From Auanema rhodensis (taxonomy: Eukaryota; Animalia; Nematoda): DNA of 64,000 bases. A model generated the notes under the pieces. The model searched no databases and was not told where the DNA came from. It saw only the letters and a list, made by a program, of their open reading frames with translations. Of the stretch, positions 54,966-64,000 are shown piece by piece. Position 1 is the first letter of the stretch; the number at the start of each line of letters is the position of its first letter. The stretch lies in contig OZ059894.1 of NCBI GenBank assembly GCA_964057225.1, forward strand, positions 23,126,001-23,190,000, given 5' to 3'. A program made the position numbers and the translations under genes.

Positions 54966-56671
54966 AAACAAATTTTAATGATATTGGTGCATGGTAACCA
55001 TGTCTTTGAAATTTACGTGAATTTTAATTTATGCTAATTAAATGTACATGTGATGTGCACTTGGTATGTAACTCGCTTCACGTGAAAGATAAAGAGATGC
55101 GGTTTTCAAAATTAGATTCCTCATGTCCATATTAGTCTAAAACAAATTTTTATTGATATTGGTTCATGGTAACCATGACTTTGAAATTTACGTGAACTTT
55201 AATTTATGCTAATTAAATGTACACGTGATGTGCACTTGGTATGTAACTCGCTTCACGTGAAAGATAAAGAGATGCGGTTTTCAAAATTAGATTCCCCATG
55301 TCCATATTAGTCTAAAAACAAATTTTTATTGATATTGGTGCATGGTAACCATGACTTTGAAATTTACGTGAACTTTAATTTATGCTAATTAAATGTACAC
55401 GTGATGTGCATTTGGTATGTAACTCGCTTCACGTGAAAGATAAAATGATGCGGTTTTCAAAACTAGATTCTTCATGTCCATATTAGTCTAAAAACAAATT
55501 TTTATTGATATTGGTTCATGGTAACCATGACTTTGAAATTTACATGAACTTTAATTTATGCTAATTAAATGTACACGTGATGTGCACTTGGTATGTAACT
55601 CGCTTCACGTGAAAGATAAAGAGATGCGGTTCTCAAAATTAGATTCCCCATTTCCATATTAGTCTAAAAACAAATTTTTATTGATATTGGTTCATGGTAA
55701 CCATGACTTTCAAATTTACGTGAACTTTAATTTATGCTAATTAAATGTACACGTGAAGTGCACTTGGTATGTAACTCGCTTCACGTGAAAGATAAAGAGA
55801 TGCGGTTTTCAAAATTAGATTCCCCATGTCCATATTAGTCTAAAAACAAATTTTTATTGATATTGGTTTATGGTAACCATGACTTTGAAATTTACGTGAA
55901 CTTTAATTTATGCTAACTAAATGTACACGTGATGTGCACTTGGTATGTAACTCGCTTCACGTGAAAGATAAAGAGATGCGGTTTTCAAAATTAGATTCCC
56001 CATGTCCATATTAGTCTAAAAACAAATTTTTATTGATATTGGTGCATGGTAACCATGACTTTGAATTTTACGTGAACTTTAATTTATGCTAATTAAATGT
56101 ACACGTGATGTGCACTTGGTATGTAACTCGCTTCACGTAAAAGATAAAGAGATGCGGTTTTCAAAATTAGATTCCCCATGTCCATATTAGTCTAAAAACA
56201 AATTTTTATTGATATTGGTTCATGGTAACCATAACTTTGAAATTTACGTGAACTTTAATTTATGCTAATTAAATGTACACGTGATGTGCACTTGGTATGT
56301 AACTCGCTTCACGTGAAAGATAAAGAGATGCGGTTTTCAAAATTAGCTTCCCCATGTCCATATTAGTCTAAAAACAAATTTTCATTGATATTGGTGCATG
56401 GTAACCATGACTTTGAAATTTACGTGAACTTTAATTTATGCTAATTAAATGTACACGTGATGTGCACTTGGTATGTAACTCGCTTCACGTGAAAGATAAA
56501 GAGATGCGGTTTTCAAAATTAGATTCCCCATGTCCATATTAGTCTAAAAACAAATTTTTATTGATATTGGTGCATGGTAACCATGACTTTGAAATTTACG
56601 TGAACTTTAATTTATGCTAATTAAATGTACACGTGATGTGCACTTGGTATGTAACTCGCTTCAGGTGAAAG

Positions 56672-56736
56672 AATTTGAAATTTTTTGAAAAAATTTTTGT
56701 CAAAATGTTTTTGGAAGCAATGTTGAGTGTACATGG
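56672..56736. other. 65-bp non-consensus segment (188-bp chimeric monomer), copy 2
   Basis: Identical to 54901-54965 at offset 1771 = 188+175+8x176. Flanking variants are duplicated too (tttacatgaa 55544/57315, gctaactaa 55917/57688). Confidence 0.97.
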
Positions 56737-57129
56737 AAACAAATTTTAATGATATTGGTGCATGGTAACCATGTCTTTGAAATTTACGTGAATTTTAATT
56801 TATGCTAATTAAATGTACATGTGATGTGCACTTGGTATGTAACTCGCTTCACGTGAAAGATAAAGAGATGCGGTTTTCAAAATTAGATTCCTCATGTCCA
56901 TATTAGTCTAAAACAAATTTTTATTGATATTGGTTCATGGTAACCATGACTTTGAAATTTACGTGAACTTTAATTTATGCTAATTAAATGTACACGTGAT
57001 GTGCACTTGGTATGTAACTCGCTTCACGTGAAAGATAAAGAGATGCGGTTTTCAAAATTAGATTCCCCATGTCCATATTAGTCTAAAAACAAATTTTTAT
57101 TGATATTGGTGCATGGTAACCATGACTTT

Positions 57130-60100
57130 GAAATTTACGTGAACTTTAATTTATGCTAATTAAATGTACACGTGATGTGCATTTGGTATGTAACTCGCTT
57201 CACGTGAAAGATAAAATGATGCGGTTTTCAAAATTAGATTCTTCATGTCCATATTAGTCTAAAAACAAATTTTTATTGATATTGGTTCATGGTAACCATG
57301 ACTTTGAAATTTACATGAACTTTAATTTATGCTAATTAAATGTACACGTGATGTGCACTTGGTATGTAACTCGCTTCACGTGAAAGATAAAGAGATGCGG
57401 TTCTCAAAATTAGATTCCCCATTTCCATATTAGTCTAAAAACAAATTTTTATTGATATTGGTTCATGGTAACCATGACTTTCAAATTTACGTGAACTTTA
57501 ATTTATGCTAATTAAATGTACACGTGAAGTGCACTTGGTATGTAACTCGCTTCACGTGAAAGATAAAGAGATGCGGTTTTCAAAATTAGATTCCCCATGT
57601 CCATATTAGTCTAAAAACAAATTTTTATTGATATTGGTTCATGGTAACCATGACTTTGAAATTTACGTGAACTTTAATTTATGCTAACTAAATGTACACG
57701 TGATGTGCACTTGGTATGTAACTCGCTTCACGTGAAAGATAAAGAGATGCGGTTTTCAAAATTAGATTCCCCATGTCCATATTAGTCTAAAAACAAATTT
57801 TTATTGATATTGGTTCATGGTAACCATAACTTTGAAATTTACGTGAACTTTAATTTATGCTAATTAAATGTACACGTGATGTGCACTTGGTATGTAACTC
57901 GCTTCACGTGAAAGATAAAGAGATGCGGTTTTCAAAATTAGATTCCCCATGTCCATATTAGTCTAAAAACAAATTTTTATTGATATTGGTTCATGGTAAC
58001 CATGACTTTCAAATTTACGTGAACTTTAATTTATGCTAATTAAATGTAAACGTGATGTGCACTTGGTATGTAACTGGCTTCACGTGAAAGATAAAATGAT
58101 GCGGTTTTCAAAATTAGATTCCCCATGTCCAGATTAGTCTAAAAACAGGTTTTTATTGATATTGGTTCATGGTAACCATGACTTTGAAATTTACGTGAAC
58201 TTTAATTTATGCTAATTAAATGTACACGTGATGTGCACTTGGTATGTAACTCGCTTCACGTGAAAGATAAAGAGTTGCGGTTTCCAAAATTAGATTCCCC
58301 ATGTCCATATTAGTCTAAAAACAGATTTTTATTGATATTGGTTCATGGTAACCATGACTTTGAAATTTACGTGAACTTTAATTTATGCTAATTAAATGTA
58401 CACGTGATGTGCACTTGGTATGTAACTCGCTTCACGTGAAAGATAAAGAGATGCGGTTTTCAAAATTAGATTCCCCATGTCCATATTAGTCTAAAAACAG
58501 ATTTTTATTGATATTGGTTTATGGTAACCATGTCTTTGAAATTTACGTGATCTTTAATTTATGCTAATTAAATGTACACGTGATGTGCACTTGGTATGTA
58601 ACTCGCTTCACGTGAAAGATAAAATGATGCGGTTTTCAAAATTAGATTCTTCATGTCCATATTAGTCTAAAAACAAATTTTTATTGATATTGGTGCATGG
58701 TAACCATGACTTTGAAATTTACGTGAACTTTAATTTATGCTAATTAAATGTACACGTGATGTGCATTTGGTATGTAACTCGCTTCACGTGAAAGATAAAA
58801 TGATGCGGTTTTCAAAATTAGATTCTTCATGTCCATATTAGTCTAAAAACAAATTTTTATTGATATTGGTTCATGGTAACCATGACTTTGAAATTTACAT
58901 GAACTTTAATTTATGCTAATTAAATGTACACGTGATGTGCACTTGGTATGTAACTCGCTTCACGTGAAAGATAAAGAGATGCGGTTCTCAAAATTAGATT
59001 CCCCATTTCCATATTAGTCTAAAAACAAATTTTTATTGATATTGGTTCATGGTAACCATGACTTTGAAATTTACGTGAACTTTAATTTATGCTAATTAAA
59101 TGTACACGTGAAGTGCACTTGGTATGTAACTCGCTTCACGTGAAAGATAAAGAGATGCGGTTTTCAAAATTAGATTCCCCATGTCCATATTAGTCTAAAA
59201 ACAAATTTTTATTGATATTGGTTCATGGTAACCATGACTTTGAAATTTACGTGAACTTTAATTTATGCTAACTAAATGTACACGTGATGTGCACTTGGTA
59301 TGTAACTCGCTTCACGTGAAAGATAAAGAGATGCGGTTTTCAAAATTAGATTCCCCATGTCCATATTAGTCTAAAAACAAATTTTTATTGATATTGGTTC
59401 ATGGTAACCATAACTTTGAAATTTACGTGAACTTTAATTTATGCTAATTAAATGTACACGTGATGTGCACTTGGTATGTAACTCGCTTCACGTGAAAGAT
59501 AAAGAGATGCGGTTTTCAAAATTAGATTCCCCATGTCCATATTAGTCTAAAAACAAATTTTTATTGATATTGGTGCATGGTAACCATGACTTTGAAATTT
59601 ACGTGAACTTTAATTTATGCTAATTAAATGTACACGTGATGTGCATTTGGTATGTAACTCGCTTCACGTGAAAGATAAAATGATGCGGTTTTCAAAATTA
59701 GATTCTTCATGTCCATATTAGTCTAAAAACAAATTTTTATTGATATTGGTTCATGGTAACCATGACTTTGAAATTTACATGAACTTTAATTTATGCTAAT
59801 TAAATGTACACGTGATGTGCACTTGGTATGTAACTCGCTTCACGTGAAAGATAAAGAGATGCGGTTCTCAAAATTAGATTCCCCATTTCCATATTAGTCT
59901 AAAAACAAATTTTTATTGATATTGGTTCATGGTAACCATGACTTTGAAATTTACGTGAACTTTAATTTATGCTAATTAAATGTACACGTGAAGTGCACTT
60001 GGTATGTAACTCGCTTCACGTGAAAGATAAAGAGATGCGGTTTTCAAAATTAGATTCCCCATGTCCATATTAGTCTAAAAACAAATTTTTATTGATATTG

Positions 60101-61150
60101 GTTCATGGTAACCATGACTTTGAAATTTACGTGAACTTTAATTTATGCTAACTAAATGTACACGTGATGTGCACTTGGTATGTAACTCGCTTCACGTGAA
60201 AGATAAAGAGATGCGGTTTTCAAAATTAGATTCCCCATGTCCATATTAGTCTAAAAACAAATTTTTATTGATATTGGTTCATGGTAACCATAACTTTGAA
60301 ATTTACGTGAACTTTAATTTATGCTAATTAAATGTACACGTGATGTGCACTTGGTATGTAACTCGCTTCACGTGAAAGATAAAGAGATGCGGTTTTCAAA
60401 ATTAGATTCCCCATGTCCATATTAGTCTAAAAACAAATTTTTATTGATATTGGTTCATGGTAACCATGACTTTCAAATTTACGTGAACTTTAATTTATGC
60501 TAATTAAATGTAAACGTGATGTGCACTTGGTATGTAACTGGCTTCACGTGAAAGATAAAATGATGCGGTTTTCAAAATTAGATTCCCCATGTCCAGATTA
60601 GTCTAAAAACAGGTTTTTATTGATATTGGTTCATGGTAACCATGACTTTGAAATTTACGTGAACTTTAATTTATGCTAATTAAATGTACACGTGATGTGC
60701 ACTTGGTATGTAACTCGCTTCACGTGAAAGATAAAGAGTTGCGGTTTCCAAAATTAGATTCCCCATGTCCATATTAGTCTAAAAACAGATTTTTATTGAT
60801 ATTGGTTCATGGTAACCATGACTTTGAAATTTACGTGAACTTTAATTTATGCTAATTAAATGTACACGTGATGTGCACTTGGTATGTAACTCGCTTCACG
60901 TGAAAGATAAAAAGATGCGGTTTTCAAAATTAGATTCCCCATGTCCATATTAGTCTAAAAACAGATTTTTATTGATATTGGTTTATGGTAACCATGTCTT
61001 TGAAATTTACGTGATCTTTAATTTATGCTAATTAAATGTACACGTGATGTGCACTTGGTATGTAACTCGCTTCACGTGAAAGATAAAATGATGCGGTTTT
61101 CAAAATTAGATTCTTCATGTCCATATTAGTCTAAAAACAAATTTTTATTG
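57130..61150. repeat. Nested 9-monomer and 5-monomer duplications (net offset 14 monomers)
   Basis: tttacatgaa at 57315, 58899 (+1584) and 59779 (+880); gtaaacgtg 58049/60513 and aactggc 58076/60540 (+2464). Confidence 0.87.
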
Positions 61151-62129
61151 ATATTGGTTCATGGTAACCATGACTTTGAAATTTACGTGAACTTTAATTT
61201 ATGCTAATTAAATGTACACGTGATGTGCACTTGGTATGTAACTCGCTTCACGTGAAAGATAAAGAGATGCCGTTTTCAAAATTAGATTCCCCATGTTCAT
61301 ATTAGTCTAAAAACAAATTTTTATTGATATTGGTTCATGGTAACCATGACTTTGAAATTTACGTGAACTTTAATTTATGCTAATTAAATGTACACGTGAT
61401 GTGCACTTGGTATGTAACTCGCTTCACGTGAAAGATAAGGAGATGCGGTTTTCAAAATTAGATTCCCCCTGTCCATATTAGTCTAAAAACAGATTTTTAT
61501 TGATATTGGTTTATGGTAACCATGTCTTTGAAATTTACGTGAACTTTAATTTATGCTAATTAAATGTACACGTGATGTGCACTTGGTATGTAACTCGCTT
61601 CACGTGAAAGATAAAATGATGCGGTTTTCAAAATTAGATTCTTCATGTCCATATTAGTCTAAAAACAAATTTTTATTGATATTGGTTCATGGTAACCATG
61701 ACTTTGAAATTTACGTGAACTTTAATTTATGCTAATTAAATGTACACGTGATGTGCGCTTGGTATGTAACTCGCTTCACGTGAAAGATTAAGAGATGCGG
61801 TTTTCAAAATTAGATTCCCCATGTCCATATTAGTCTAAAAACAAATTTTTATTGATATTGGTTCATGGTAACCATGACTTTGAAATTTACGTGAACTTTA
61901 ATTTATGCTAATTAAATGTACACGTGATGTGCACTTGGTATGTAACTCGCTTCACGTGAAAGATAAAAAGATGCGGTTTTCAAAATTAGATTCCCCATGT
62001 CCATATTAGTCTAAAAACAAATTTTTATTGATATTGGTTCATGGTAACCATGACTTTGAAATTTACGTGAACTTTAATTTATGCTAATTAAATGTACACG
62101 TGATGTGCACTTGGTATGTAACTCGCTTC

Positions 62130-64000
62130 ACGTGAAAGATAAGGAGATGTGGTTTTCAAAATTAGATTCCCCATGTCCATATTAGTCTAAAAACAGATTT
62201 TTATTGATATTGGTTCATGGTAACCATGTCTTTGAAATTTACGTGAACTTTAATTTATGCTAATTAAATGTACACGTGATGTGCACTTGGTATGTAACTC
62301 GCTTCACGTGAAAGATAAAGAGATGCCGTTTTCAAAATTAGATTCCCCATGTCCATATTAGTCTAAAAACAAATTTTTATTGATATTGGTGCATGGTAAC
62401 CATGACTTTGAAATTTACGTGAACTTTAATTTATGCTAATTAAATGTACACGTGATGTGCACTTGGTATGTAACTCGCTTCACGTGAAAGATAAAGAGAT
62501 GCGGTTTTCAAAATTAGATTCCCCATGTCCATATTAGTTTAAAAACAAATTTTTATTGATATTGGTTCATGGTAACCATGTCTTTGAAATTTACGTGAAC
62601 TTTAATTTATGCTAATTAAATGTACACGTGATGTGCACTTGGTATGTAACTCGCTTCACGTGAAAGATAAAGAGATGCGGTTTTCAAAATTAGATTCCCC
62701 ATGTCCATATTAGTCTAAAAACAGATTTTTATTGATATTGGTTCATGGTAACCATGACTTTGAAATTTACGTGAACTTTAATTTATGCTAATTAAATGTA
62801 CACGTGATGTGCACTTGGTATGTAACTCGCTTCACGTGAAAGATAAAGAGATGCGGTTTTCAAAATTAGATTCCCCTTGTCCATATTAGGCTAAAAACAG
62901 ATTTTTATTGATATTGGTTCATGGTAACCATGACTTTGAAATTTACTTGAACTTTAATTTATGCTAATTAAATGTACACGTGATGTGCACTTGGTATGTA
63001 ACTCGCTTCACGTGAAAGATAAAGAGATGCGGTTTCCAAAATTAGATTCCCCATGTCCATATTAGTCTAAAAACAGATTTTTATTGATATTGGTTCATGG
63101 TAACCATGACTTTGAAATTTACGTGAACTTTAATTTATGCTAATTAAATGTACACGTGATGTGCACTTGGTATGTAACTCGCTTCACGTGAAAGGTAAAG
63201 AGATGCGGTTTTCAAAATTAGATTCCCCATGTCCATATTAGTCTAAAAACAGATTTTTATTGATATTGGTTCATGGTAACCATGACTTTGAAATTTACGT
63301 GAACTTTAATTTATGCTAATTAAATGTACACGTGATGTGCACTTGGTATGTAACTCGCTTCACGTGAAAGGTAAAGAGATGCGGTTTTCAAAATTAGATT
63401 CCCCATGTCCATATTAGTCTAAAAACAGATTTTTATTGATATTGGTTCATGGTAACCATGACTTTGAAATTTACGTGAACTTTAATTTATGCTAATTAAA
63501 TGTACACGTGATGTGCACTTGGTATGTAACTCGCTTCACGTGAAAGATAAGGAGATGCGGTTTTCAAAATTAGATTCCCCATGTCCATATTAGTCTAAAA
63601 ACAGATTTTTATTGATATTGGTTCATGGTAACCATGTCTTTGAAATTTACGTGAACTTTAATTTATGCTAATTAAATGTACACGTGATGTGCACTTGGTA
63701 TGTAACTCGCTTCACGTGAAAGATAAAGAGATGCCGTTTTCAAAATTAGATTCCCCATGTCCATATTAGTCTAAAAACAAATTTTTATTGATATTGGTGC
63801 ATGGTAACCATGACTTTGAAATTTACGTGAACTTTAATTTATGCTAATTAAATGTACACGTGATGTGCACTTGGTATGTAACTCGCTTCACGTGAAAGAT
63901 AAAGAGATGCGGTTTTCAAAATTAGATTCCCCATGTCCATATTAGTTTAAAAACAAATTTTTATTGATATTGGTTCATGGTAACCATGTCTTTGAAATTT
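62130..64000. repeat. 8-monomer (1408 bp) duplication truncated by the window end
   Basis: gatgccgtt 62327/63735, agtttaaa 62539/63947, gataagg 62143/63551. Confidence 0.8.

Larger units (their letters stand above)
1..64000. repeat. 176-bp satellite DNA tandem array, about 363.5 head-to-tail monomers, runs off both window ends
   Basis: Monomer (1-176): gagatgcggttttcaaaattagattccccatgtccatattagtctaaaaacaaatttttattgatattggtKcatggtaaccatgWctttgaaatttacgtgaactttaatttatgctaattaaatgtacacgtgatgtgcacttggtatgtaactcgcttcacgtgaaagataaa. Phase check: the ATG at monomer position 114 recurs at 34784 (197x176-2), 52028 (295x176-6) and 63841 (362x176+15). These offsets are exactly explained by nine 1-bp deletions and two +12 monomers. 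Confidence 0.99.

Noticed and set aside
54901-56736. Transposon whose LTRs or TIRs are the two 65-bp segments
   Set aside because: The interior is ordinary satellite in phase, there is no TSD, each copy replaces monomer sequence, and flanking variants are co-duplicated, which indicates tandem block duplication.
1-64000. CRISPR array or repeat-spacer system
   Set aside because: There are no unique spacers; the entire 176 bp repeats, the two odd segments are identical to each other, and no cas genes are present.
1-64000. Strand inversion within the array
   Set aside because: All monomers read in the same orientation and the phase arithmetic closes across the window.

Overview
The whole 64 kb window is one uninterrupted, head-to-tail, single-orientation tandem array of a 176-bp AT-rich satellite (about 363.5 monomers; first monomer 56/176 = 32% GC). 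Most copies differ from the consensus by 0-4 substitutions. This is typical eukaryotic centromeric/pericentromeric-type satellite DNA, but I do not recognise the family or organism. No genes, RNA genes, transposons or CRISPR arrays are supported; the 17 60-aa ORFs come from one TAG>TTG variant of the monomer. The interesting structure is at three levels. (1) The monomer reads as two back-to-back degenerate foldbacks (positions 11-94 and 95-169), with three ACGTGA cores 33 and 32 bp apart and a 15-bp dyad. (2) Shared variants define nested 2- to 19-monomer tandem duplications and longer-range repeated blocks (offsets of 24-56 monomers). (3) A chimeric 188-bp monomer with a 65-bp non-consensus segment occurs twice (54901 and 56672).
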